A stretch of 64,000 nucleotides of DNA, from the NCBI GenBank assembly GCA_963693365.1, contig CAVNZM010000001.1, positions 14,804,418-14,868,417 of the forward strand. The letters are read 5' to 3'. Made by a program: the position numbers and the translations under genes. Positions 32,426 to 64,000 of the stretch are shown here, piece by piece. Each line of letters begins with the position of its first letter. The first letter of the stretch is position 1. The notes under the pieces are model-generated. The model was not told where the DNA came from. It saw nothing but the letters and a program-made list of their open reading frames with translations, and searched no databases. Source of the stretch: Amoebidium appalachense (lineage: Eukaryota; Protista; Ichthyosporea).

Positions 32426-33142
32426 TTCTACAAGACGCACACCCCGTAATAACTATTATTACTACTATAATTCAGTATGTATCTACTACAGGTTTGTGTT
32501 CTTGTGAGATGATGGCCTCTTTACTGCTTTAGAGTAGTGTGTAGGCAGGGCATGTATTTACGGCCCCAAAGTTGTGGTTCAAGTTGTAGATGTTCCTACC
32601 AACCCACATATAAGCGAATTATGCTGCAAACAAGTAACATGGTGCCTTCCTTATTCTCGAACTTTAAACTATATTCAACATTCAACGACTAACTGTTAGT
32701 TGAGTCACAGGAAATATACACTCTCTTACAGTCATATGTTGTCATGATCCTATTCGGTTCGCAACATGAAGGTGTGCGAAGGAAACGAGCTGCATGACAG
32801 TGCATGTGCATGGCATAGTCTAGCCGCTTGTTTATAATGAAGAATCTGTGGTATGTACGCATGATTTTTAGCGAATTGCAAGCTTTGTTTTAAGCGTATC
32901 TCGGACTTGCCTCGAATTCGATTTCACCTTATGACATGTTGACGACAATGATTTCGATATTCTATTCAGCTAGAAGCTTGAAAAAACTCCAAATATTTTT
33001 TACTGTATAAAGGGCTCAATATTACCTTGTAGATTTGAAAAAACTTGAATATACCTTCTCAGCTGCTTGTATATGCGCTGCTGGAATCCATTAGTATGCG
33101 CATATATATTCTCTCAAAATGCTGGTGCAAAACTCGGAAATG

Positions 33143-34200
33143 TTTTTATAATGACTTTATTGATGTGCTCATAGAAGGTGAAAAGGCGAGATATCGCAGA
33201 TATCCCGGGATATAGAAAGAACCGCTCATGAAAAGAAGATATCGGCCCAAAAAAATACATGGTGCTTTAGATAACATCGTAACGCATAGTACTATATGTA
33301 CAGGTTGGGGTTTACGCTGTATATGTACAGTGGGAATTTGGTGACACGGGAAGATTATCCAAATGATTCGCAGGGTATACGTAAGCGGTTGTATTTCCCG
33401 GGTATTATTTCGTTAAAACTTAATGCTTTTCCATCTAAGAGAATTACTTTTCCTGCATTTTGAAATAAATCCAAACAATTTCTCAAGAAATAACATTGAT
33501 TTTAGCAGATATAAACTTGTGATTGAGCCAGGGCAGGAAATTACACTTATTGTCTTCTCAGTATGCCGTGCATACTTGTCATATCTTTCCGTCGAATAAA
33601 TCCAGTCAAAAGAAAAAAAAATACACTGTTTTCGGAAGTAAATATACCGCTAATTTTCAAAAAGTACCATTAAAGCCTGAGACTTAGTTCCACCTGCGTT
33701 GGAGGTTGGGGAAGTAAATAAAAAGATTAGTGCCATCCCTTCCCCCCTCTTCCCCCCCCCCCCCTCCCCCCCTCCCGGCCCAACTGCCCAAAGTTGGAGC
33801 TCTCAATTTTTCCGATTTTTTCCTGGGAAAACACTGGAAACCTGCAATCACGCGTACGGAAAAAAAAAATATTTTTTATTTTTAAAATGACTTTATTGAT
33901 ATCTACATACATACCTCATTATATCTCATGACCAGTCCTTTGCCGGATTCGGACAAAGCATATGGAAAAAAGCAGGAATTTTTTTTCTTTTGACTCGGTT
34001 TTATTGATCCGTTGATGAAGGCAATATCCACTCAATATCCAATTTAATCTGCTTTCTGGGCTCGTTGTATTCTGTTTTGCATTCAAGCTACAAATAAAAT
34101 TCTAGAGATATACAACGGTTCAGCAGATGGCGGCTGAGACTCGAAAGGAGCAGTCAACACAATAAATCGCCCTTAAACAAAAGGCACACATGATTGTTGG
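33143..34200. mobile_element. Cluster of short LINE 3' tails (family B at ~33143 and ~33872 on -, RT-element tail at 33548-33621 on +, related tail from ~33978 on -)
   Basis: 33548-33621 reproduces the ~70-nt 3' UTR of the RT element (TTATTGTCTTCTCAGTATGCCGTGC...AATAAATCCAGTCAAAAG-An); the other termini match 13765 and 14941. Confidence 0.75.
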
Positions 34201-34651
34201 TAATAACTGACAGGAAATTTTAAATGTATAGTAATATAAACGCAAGGTTATGATATTGGCGATGAATTATACGGGGGGTCCGAGGCGCCGGATAGGTATA
34301 CATATATCGGATAGATAAAAGGAAGTAAATAGGAAGTAAATTTCTCTGGACAAAAATAGAGCTGGATCCGAGTGGAATCTGGAGCGTCGTGCATGAATTG
34401 TTTTTCTGAAATTGCGTCACGCTTGACCCACAGGTAGGAATTCGGGGCCCAAACTGAACCAATCATGCACATTTCTTTTATCCCATCTTCGCCGTTTTCA
34501 GTGCCAAGGCAGCCAATCATTTCCATTCAATTAATTTGACTCACAGAAATTCATGCGGGGTTCTTTCTTGACTCTTTAATGCATTTCTTTTTTTCGCCCT
34601 ATGTCTCGTTTGTCCAGCCAAATTAGTAATCTCAGGCCGTTTTGCTGCCGA

Positions 34652-35172
34652 AAAATTGTATTATTATACAACTGGTTGAAGCTAACCATTCACAAATGAT
34701 CGATACATAGCAGCTGAGCATACTTACAATACAGAAGTTTGTGGTGCCGCATCTAGTTTAGGGTGTCACTAGTATAGGGTGACGTGCCCGTGGGCGGCGG
34801 CCGAAGTTCATTGCGGGGTGGCACGGCGACCGTCCAGGCCCCACTGGCTCGACAAAAAGCCTCGTGCACTCCGAGCCCGTGAATCTGACAGACTAGGCTC
34901 CTACTCTGTAGTGCGCTAATATTTAATAAAATTGTATAATGCTACAACTGGTTGAAGCTAACCATTCACAATTGATCGATACATAGCAGCTGAGCATACT
35001 TACACTACAGAAGTTTGTGATGCCTCATCTAGTTTAGGGTGCCACTAGTATAGGGTGACATGCCCGTGGGATGGCATGGCCGGGCCGCACTGGCTCGACA
35101 AAAGCCTCGTGCACTCCGAGCCCGCCCGTGAATCTGACTAGGCTCCTACTTTGTAGTGTTCTTAAATATAAT
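34652..35172. repeat. Tandem duplication of a ~245-275-bp non-coding, hairpin-rich unit
   Basis: Copies 34652-34927 and 34928-35172 align; the second lacks ~30 nt inside a GTGGG...CCAC-bounded segment. Confidence 0.85.
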
Positions 35173-35221
35173 ATGTTGTTGTTGTTGTTCTTTTTTTTTT
35201 TTTTTTTTTTTTTAAGTTCAA

Positions 35222-35261
<40 letters not shown>

Positions 35262-35366
35262 GGGAGGGGGCGCCTGTTATATAAAAATTTGGGACGTGCA
35301 TCATTGCAAAAACCAAAGAAAAATCGGGGGGGGGAAAAAAGGGTGTGTGTGGGGGGGGGAGGGGGT

Positions 35367-35404
<38 letters not shown>

Positions 35405-35534
35405 GGGGGGGGAGGGTAGGGACATGGGCACTAGTAAAGAGTACGTCCGACGGAGAGACGGAGGTGACGATCTGGGAGGGCCAAGGGGGGCGGGGGGGGG
35501 GGGGGGGGGGGGGGGGGGGAAGGAGCGAGAGAGC

Positions 35535-35600
<66 letters not shown>

Positions 35601-35615
35601 AGAGAGAGAGAGAGA

Positions 35616-35651
<36 letters not shown>

Positions 35652-35664
35652 TTTTTTTTTTTTT

Positions 35665-35695
<31 letters not shown>

Positions 35696-36727
35696 GGGGG
35701 GAGGGGGGGGGGGGGGGGGAAGTATCATAGAAGACTTGCCTAGTCGAACGATAGAAGGGCAGGATTCGCAGTGAATGGAATGGCCATGGGGACGGCATGC
35801 AAAATGGTCTCATGCATTTCATCTGAACGCTCCAAGTCGTGCAACAGTGTCATACAAACTTTATATATGCAAATCCATAATCGTAGACCCCTTTTGGCAA
35901 TAACTGTTAGTAACGTGAACATCCCATGACTGTGTGGACTAAGTGTAGTACAGTTCCAATCAGGCAAGCTTCCAAAAGATGTTTCCAACCTACACATACC
36001 ACAAAGGCTAATTAGGTCGACCATTCGAAAAACATCGTCACATGCAATTCATTCATAATCTCGTCTTTGCATATATACCATACATTCATAAAACTGGTTA
36101 TACCTTGCAACACATGTTCTTGGACTAGGAACAGAAACAGAAATCATGCCTGGTGCCTCGAAACGTGACAAAGCAAAAAGCATTCATAAAAAATGTTTTA
36201 CAGAATGATACACTAACATAAACCAAACTAAAAATGTTTGGTTGTTGGGTTGTATTTCTTTCAAGCTGCTTGCACATGCACAAGAAAACATGAAAATCAC
36301 ATGCTACACCCGTCAGCACGATAATTTTTCATGCACATAGTATCCTGCATCATAGCCCGCAGCATTTTCGACTCAAAGACGCAACACAAAAAGTGAAATA
36401 AAAATAAAAAATAAAAAAAACGACAATGACAAAGCGTTGATAACCAGCGAACGAAACACCAAACGGATCATACCTATCTATCTCAATTCATACAATGGTG
36501 TGTGTGTGACTGTGCGCTTATTATTCGTTATGACATGTGCATGTGCATACGTCAGACCAACAGAAAGAGCAAAATTTACTTTCAGAATTTTCGGGATTTG
36601 GGCATATCGTACGGAAGAATGCATGCTGTGCATGTAGCAGATTGCAATATGTTTCAATAGTAACCTTCCTTTGCGCTCTTGCTAAACATTCGACAGGTGT
36701 CAATGGGATAAAAAAGAAAAGAAAAGG

Positions 36728-36804
<77 letters not shown>

Positions 36805-36911
36805 CCGTTACACGGGTTGATCCGTCTATTCACACAAAAGAGAAAGCGAGAAAGGGAGAGGGGTCTGGGGAATGACGTTTAACATCCGAACAAAATGAAG
36901 CGAGTCTCGAA

Positions 36912-56573
<19,662 letters not shown>

Positions 56574-57526
56574 GTTGTCTGTGGCGCGCGCCTATCACAA
56601 TGCAAGGCAGCTGCGTGGACATGGGTGGCCCCACTTTGATTCCTCAACTGCTAAACTCGACGATTTTGCTTACCTCGGCGTCTTATACTACAGATTATTA
56701 TGTTACTGGTATACGTTAGAGTTGATCGTGTGTACTTAATGAGGGCACTTGTGGAATTGTAATCAGACCCTTTTTGTAATCAGACCCTATTTGTATTGGA
56801 TACTTTCTGACACTGTTCAATTTGCATTGGTTTTTTGCAGTGATCGATCAAAGTCAACGTGCACAGTTTTCGTGCTTGTCAGGCTAAGTCACGTGACAAA
56901 TCGTGGTGCGTGGAGATCCAATCTGTGTAGCGACAATCTAGCCATATAAAGTAAAACAGCGAAAGAAATTACGTAATCCCAGCGAAGAGGGCCCGCTGGC
57001 ACGGCCCTCTGGAACACCCGGCCTTGGTGCCGATCGTCACTCGTGAGCCACTTTGGAAATGGTGCACGATCACGATTGCCCGCTGCCGACGTCAACTATT
57101 GTAAGTAGACGTGGCCGGAGCAGTGTATACCTTGCCCTTTTTTTTTTGGTAGTAGTCATGCCAAAACAAACGTTCACATGGTAACAAAACATAAAACACA
57201 CCAAAAATCACCTATCTAGGTACACTTTTGATAGACGGCGATCAATTTATACTTATACTATCGATGTATAAACACCGTAAACCCCATTAATGAATCAATG
57301 TGTGCAACACTACTCCTGTAAGCCAACACCTTTGTTTCTCTTGGAGCTTTCCTCTTACACCCACTGCTTCAGTCTGACTATGATGGCCCATGTGCCGATC
57401 GAGCCGATATCTCCCTCGCCACTGCTTGTTGGAAAAGAGCACCGGGGTTTAAGAACGGTGGCTCTGGTTGTGGTGGTGGTGGAGGGGGGTGGAGGGGGTG
57501 TCGTGTGTATGTGTGTATGTGTGTGT

Positions 57527-57594
<68 letters not shown>

Positions 57595-57836
57595 GGGGGG
57601 GGGGGGGGAGGGAGGGGGAAGAAGTCTTGGTAGAAGGCTCAAAAGCGGTTTTCTGACCTAAAAGGTACTGAAAGGAAAACTAGTTGAGAGCGAAAAAAAG
57701 AGCGCCAGCGACGCCCCAGCTGCCAGCTGAAGGAAAATGAAAAGAATGGGGCGGGAGGGAGAAAGTGGGTCGATGGGAGAGGGTAGGGATAGAGAGTGAG
57801 AGGGCACCCGGGGGGGGGGGGGGGGGGGGGGGGGGG

Positions 57837-57867
<31 letters not shown>

Positions 57868-59074
57868 GGGGCGGGGGGGGGGGAGCAAGGGAAGGTAGAC
57901 GGAGGGAGGGAGAGAGACAGTGGGTGGGAGGGTTTTCAAACTAACTCGGAGCGAGAGCACTGGACTCCTCGCAGAAGGAGAAGGGGAGACTCCCTCACAT
58001 ACACAGGGAGAAGGGGAGGGGGAGGGGGGGGGGGGGGGGGGGAGGGGGGGGAGCGAAGGCCTCAGGAGGAATCCGGACTGAGACTCAAGAACGACAGATG
58101 ACTTCAAGTCAAGGCGAAATGCGGGACCAAGCTTAAGATCGTGTGCACCCACGAGGGGGGAGGAGGGGGGGGGGGAGCTAAGGCACTGTGGTTAAGGTTT
58201 AAAAACAACAGGTGCTGGAGTGGAGCTGGGGGGAGTCGAGTTGGACGATAGAAAAGGAAAGATCAAATAGGGCCACAGCAGTGATAGGGGGAGACAGAAG
58301 GTGACAAACAGAGAGAGAGAGAGAGAGGCGGAGGCTAGACAGAGGAAAGGGGACGGAGGGTATAGCTTTAAGAGAAAGGAGAAGCTAAGCTGCCGGGAGG
58401 CGCTTCGCATTTGAGCCGTTCTCCATGACCATGGCGAGAAAGTAGCACGCTGGTTTCGAAACAGGTTACGAAAAAGGACGCCGGCCTGCTTGCGTGGCAG
58501 ACACATAGGAGTCTCAGCAAGAGAAGAAAGAAAGGAGTGAAAGCTAGGGGTGATGGGTGAGCAAAAGGCAGAACCACGAACGACACCAACTCCATAGCCA
58601 CATCTGCAAGCATTGGCAAAACACCCACAGGCTAATACAACTATACCAACTCTAGATCTATTACGATATCGTGCTTGTGGACTTTCTGAGAGGTCTTGAA
58701 CTTTTTCTTTTTTTTTTGGCTTCCGTGCTTTTCGGGCGGGGAGAGGAGGCTGGGGCCGGGGGGGGGGGGGGGGGGGGGTGAGGGCCTGTGTGTGGGTGTG
58801 TGGGTGTGTGTGTGGGGGGGGGGGGGGGGGGGGGGGAGGGGGCCAACCCGGGAGACTAAACAGACAGGAAGAAGGAGGAAGGTGAGGGAAAGAGAATCAA
58901 TTCAAGCATAGGCTATGCCGTTGGTGGTGGGGCAAGAAGCAAGCCCTATAGCACCCATACAAGTGATACGCAAACCGTGTTTGAGCGAAGTTGGTCACGG
59001 CGGCCTCCCAGAGTCTCGAAAAGGAAAAGATATACGTAGTAGCAAGGGAGGGAGCTGGGGGAGTGTGTGTGTGT

Positions 59075-59131
<57 letters not shown>

Positions 59132-59583
59132 GAGGAGGAGGAGGAGAAAAACAGCCGATAGTCGCAAACCCCCAACAACATCCACAAGCCTGGGATGATG
59201 ATGGCAAGGCACTAACATGACACTCTACGAAGCTTTCGCTCATGCTATAGCCAAGCAACCTGAATTGAAAGGTGCTGGCAACTTCTTGAGGGTCGATGAC
59301 CCCGTCAGCAGTAGAATCTTTATCTGTTCGCGTATAAAGGGTTGCATACAAAAACGTCTGTATATTTCCTATGCACCACCGCAGCTGTTATGTTGTGTTT
59401 TGTTATCACTGTTACGGTGTACTGTTACGTTTCGATCGATCTGCACCATTTCCAGTTAGATTTGATGACGTGGCACTAATTCACTGCGCTGAGGCCGTGC
59501 ACAGGGGATATTGATACTACCAAAATGTAAGGGGTTACTAAAAATAGAAATATAAAAATAGAATTTTCGAGACGGCCGTGCCG

Positions 59584-59627
<44 letters not shown>

Positions 59628-60196
59628 CGTTGGAACTCCAGGCTGAACTTTAATGTTAAGATCATGTGGCTCAAACCATCAAACAAATAAATTATAACCC
59701 CTCATACAAGTGGCACTAAGCAGACATCAGATGAAACTTGAGGTTGTGAAATATAAAAATATATGGTGGTGCGGTTGTCACGTTATGCTGCTTCGAATTC
59801 AAAGCTGACCATACGAGTTGCCCCCCACCCCCCCACCCCCCCCCCCCCCCCCCCACATATGTATTATGCACACAGCATCATAAAGCCGGGGTTTCCAAAA
59901 ACATACATACACATTTTATGTGCATTAATTCTACAACGTAAATACATACGGACATTTTTGTACATGCTGATTTTTAAATTTTTCAAGGTGTGTAACATAC
60001 CCAACATCAACACATACCCAAGGCGTATGCAATATGTAGATATCTCAAAGGTACGTACGTAATGGTACGGTACGTATGGTACGTCAAATCCCCCCCCCCC
60101 CCCCCCCCTCTTCCCAAATGCCTCCCTCCCCTCCTTCGCTCTCCCCCCCCCCCCCCCCCCCCCCCCAAATCCCCCCTCCCCCCACCCTCCACCACC

Positions 60197-60265
<69 letters not shown>

Positions 60266-60714
60266 ACCAAAAAAGAAAACATCGAAAACAATAAAAACAA
60301 AAAGAAATGGCAAATCGTATCTTAAAAAAACGTACCCACCGGCGTGGCTGGGGTGAATACCCTGGGCTAAGTGTGTGCAAATAGTTAGGATTTTTTAAAA
60401 GGTGTGTTAACTTAGCTAATAATACCGTAGCATTCTAGCTATAGCTAGAGTACTGTCGGTGCTGGGTGGAAGACGGTGGTTCCCCCTGAGCGCCCAATGG
60501 GTCCCTCCGGGAACAAAACGGGATGAAAAAAAAAAAAATACATATATATCTTTAAAAAGAGATACTTGCAAACAAAGCGTTCCATGCGCCGCTTTTAAAG
60601 CTCCCCGCCAACGACACATTTAGGTGTCCAGTGCTCCCGTACATATGAGTTTGTGGCCACGATTGAAAGTTTGCCGTAGACGCAATCACGGTGGGCTCCA
60701 ACGGATTTTTGTTT

Positions 60715-60998
60715 TCACTTTTCAGGGACCTGCTCCAGCTCCTGGTACAGCTTGTCGAACTGCGGCTTGAAGAGCTGCAATGCCGAGACCACAAAAAAAA
60801 GAAGAAGAAGAAAGAAGGTGGAAATTGTTAGGAAGTTTTTGTGTGACTCTGTCCGTTCAGTTTGGCGGTTGGAATAACTTGGTTTGGCAAGGTAGTGCCA
60901 TGGGCTGAACAAGCAAAAGGAGGGGGCAAATTGGGAGGGGGGGGGGGGGGGGGGGGGGGGGGAGGGGGGGGGGATGCGGATGGAAAGTGACCGCGTGT

Positions 60999-61029
<31 letters not shown>

Positions 61030-62392
61030 GGGACTGGATATACATGTGGGGGTTGACCTAGTAGGCTAAATATTTATCCCAACGGGTCACAGAAATAAGA
61101 ACACAAACTGAGCCGAGCCCCCCCCCCACCCCCCTCCTCCCCCCCCCCCTACCCACCACCACCACCACCACAAAAAAAAAAAAAAAAAAACACAATAGGC
61201 ACACACCCACACGGGCCGTCACGGGCCCCAATATACACATAATACATATGAGATATGATATACAGTGTGTGATTTGTGTGTGAATGTCGCTGTTGTATAC
61301 ATGTACATATTCCCATATCTGCTCTGCAAAACCATCCATTCACTGACAGACGCAAAGCAGGGGGGGGGGGGAGGCAACAAGCACCCTGCATTTCCGCATT
61401 CTAAGAGCATTGCCAAGCACACACAAGTTCAAACACAACCAACAGCAGAAATCAAGCAAAAAGAGCAACAAACACATTGCATTTTCGCCTTTTTTCCCGG
61501 TTTTTAAACACCCATCGTGAACTCCAAGTACCTTTGTAGCCACTGGGCGTTTGATCTTGAAAGTAGGAGTCAGCAGGTTGTTATCAACAGAGAAGGCCTC
61601 GGGAACAACCACGATCCCCTTCACGTACTCGAACCCCTTGAGCTGTAACCAAATAAAGCTATCAGTTTTCTTTGAAATTTGGGAGTACAATCATCACATA
61701 CCTTCCTGAAATTCTAAAACTTAAACAAAATGCTCCCCCCCCCCCCCCCCCCCTCCCCTCCCCAACTCCTGTCCCTCCCCGCGGCCGCGGCTGCTTCCTA
61801 AATTGACCCTTTATAATGCAACCGGAATAAGCATTTTTCCCTGGACATTTATTGCCAAAACCACTTATCCAAAGGAATCAATTGATCTGCAAGCCAGAGT
61901 ACGGTCCCGATTTAACTAACTCACCTCCGTCCCTCTCCCCTAACCCCTCCTCCCCCCACTTAACACAAGCAACATGCCCTGCCCCTCCCCCTCCCCTCCC
62001 CTCCCCCCCATTCCTCCCTCCCCTTGCACCCACCCACGCACCTGCACCTTTTTTGCCTGTGCCGTCAACTCTTCCATCAGGATTGCCTTGACTTCGGGCA
62101 GATAGCACAGCTCCTCGTACGTGCCCGGTATACCTTTGGCCCTGTGTCATGTGCGGTTTAAAAAGTCATTACATGGTCGGGAAGGAGAATCGAAGTCCTT
62201 TCCAGAAAGAAAGAAGAGGGGGGGGGGGGGGGTAGGCTACGATTAGTTCTTGTTTTACTAATGTCCGAGCTTCGACTTGCCTTCAAAGTTGCTTATTCAG
62301 TTTTAGTACTGTACACTCGAGCCATTCATTGTTTTAGTGATTAATTTATTCAATTAGTTCATTTCAAATTCATTTCTTTCATGTGTGGTGGG

Positions 62393-62423
<31 letters not shown>

Positions 62424-63891
62424 TATTCACTTTGCCCAGGGCACCAGCAGCTCCTGGTCTGGCACCACGGCAGCAACCAGAAAGGTCTTTAGGCTATCCC
62501 CGTACACGAAAATCTGCCCAACATGCTGCGCAGCTGCGTAGACGAGCTCCAGCTGCTCGGCGCTGAAATTTCAGGGAGAGGATTAGGTATTTAGGTGATC
62601 AGTATTTGCGGTTATAAGGTTTTCAGGCAGGTTCATTAAGGCTTGTCCGCGACGAGAGGTGGTCCAAATGTAGCCGTACAAACAAGCACGTTGTTAGAAA
62701 ACCCAACATTCAAGAAGAAAAACGAAAGAGTGCCCCCCCCCCCCCCCCCCCTCCCTCCCCCCCCCCTCCCCCCCCCCCCCCGGGGGGGCCATAAATATAT
62801 TAACTTGCACATGGTCATTACGGGCACGTGTGGAACTGCACACATGCACAGGTTGCGATGGACAAAGTATAGACGCTGACGGGGGAAAATCGAGACACTA
62901 AGTAAGAAAAATTAACGACTTACTCCTAAACGGTCTGTAACCTACAGTGTGATCGTCTGTATTGGTGGGGGTTTAAAAGGGGGAAATTTAATTACTTTTT
63001 TCTCCTACATGCTCTTTTTTCATTCTGTTTTTTTCACAGAAGCGCAGCACAGTTTCTGGGAAGTGAGAGGGGGATGGCGGTGGGGGCGGGGGGACGGGGG
63101 GGGGGGGGGGGGGGGGGGGGCAGGGGGTGGGGAGAGCAGAAAGAGTGTTTCACGAGACAACTCTGGAGGTGTGTTGGAAGTAACTAGCCGGGGGGGAGAA
63201 GATGGGGATGGATGGATGGAGGGAGTGGAATACTTACGCAATATACTCGCCCTGTGCCAGCTTGAAAATGTTTTTCTGCAAAAATAGATGTTGGCCATTG
63301 ACATGACATTAACCCTCCCCCCCCCCCCCCCCCCCCCTTTCCCCAGCCCTTCCCTCCCTCTCCCCCCCCCCCCCCCCAAAAAACAAACATATGTAAAAAT
63401 AGATCCCCCCACTGGTCGTTTATCCCCCTCCACCCCCTTCCCCGTCCTCCCGTCCCCCGTCCCCCGTCCCCCGTCCCCTGTCCCTCGACGTCCTCCCTAC
63501 CCCTATCTTTGCACCCTGTTTCAAGACATATATCTATTATACCACTCAAAATAAAAAGGCAAGCAGAGGCTAAACTCAAAATGTGAAAATTGGGGAAGGA
63601 AAAAGGATGTGGAGCCTGGAAAAAGACAGGATATCAGAAACACTATTGCCAAAGCCTGTGTTGTGTTGTCCAATCTTAGACCTTATCCATGTCCCCTTCC
63701 GTGTGTTGTTCAGAAGCCGATGTGAATGAGTGGAGAGGGAAAAGGAGGGAGCTAAGGAGCAAGATGAAGTGACCAAATGACGGGTAAAACAACGGGGGGG
63801 GGGGAGGGGGGAAGGAGGGGAGGAGGGGGGGGGGGGGGGTAGAAGAGCGTGGTAGGGAAGTGGGAGGGGAATAAGGGGGGGGGGGGGGAGG

Positions 63892-63927
<36 letters not shown>

Positions 63928-64000
63928 AATGGTACCTTCCTGTCGATAACCGAGATGGAGCCGTCGTCGTTCCACCGGCAGATGTCACCCTAGAGCGAGT
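60715..64000 (-). CDS. Long-chain fatty acyl-CoA synthetase (ACSL/LACS family), 3' exons; gene continues beyond the window
   Basis: Exons GDICRWNDDGSISVIDRK (~63989-63935), KNIFKLAQGEYIA (~63277-63238), EQLELVYAAAQHVGQIFVYGDSLKTFLVAAVVPD (~62563-62430), GIPGTYEELCYLPEVKAILMEEL (~62140-62050), LKGFEYVKGIVVVPEAFSVDNNLLTPTFKIKR (~61643-61531), LFKPQFDKLYQELEQVPEK-stop. Confidence 0.93.

Noticed and set aside
34752-34764. TTTAGGG/ACCCTAAAC as a telomerase-RNA template
   Set aside because: A single short match per unit is expected by chance and nothing else supports it.

Overview
Eukaryotic genomic DNA with GT-AG introns, very rich in poly-C/poly-G tracts and (CA)n/(TG)n/(CT)n microsatellites; a unicellular opisthokont is my inference. 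Most of the ORF track is low-complexity artefact. Four spliced genes can be reconstructed: a citrin/aralar-type Ca2+-binding mitochondrial carrier (+, ~1.1-9.1 kb), a MARK/SIK/AMPK-related kinase with a UBA domain (-, 29.1-32.4 kb), a transportin-3/importin-13-family karyopherin (-, 36.9-56.6 kb) and the 3' half of a long-chain acyl-CoA synthetase (-, 60.7-64 kb). There is also a disrupted F-box/LRR-like gene (+, 22.8-24.3 kb). Mobile DNA comprises a TA-flanked Tc1/mariner-type TIR shell filled with LINE fragments (one RT lacks its catalytic motif), a young non-autonomous LTR element with a tRNA-Arg PBS, two TTAA-flanked MITEs and several LINE 3' tails. The most unusual signal is a dispersed ~390-450 nt non-coding element (about 10 copies or fragments, two subfamilies) that ends in poly-C tracts. 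It has a ~160-nt core with compensatory base changes and a possible pseudoknot, and one copy is terminally redundant, as expected for a circular or multimeric RNA template (retrozyme-like; no canonical ribozyme recognised).
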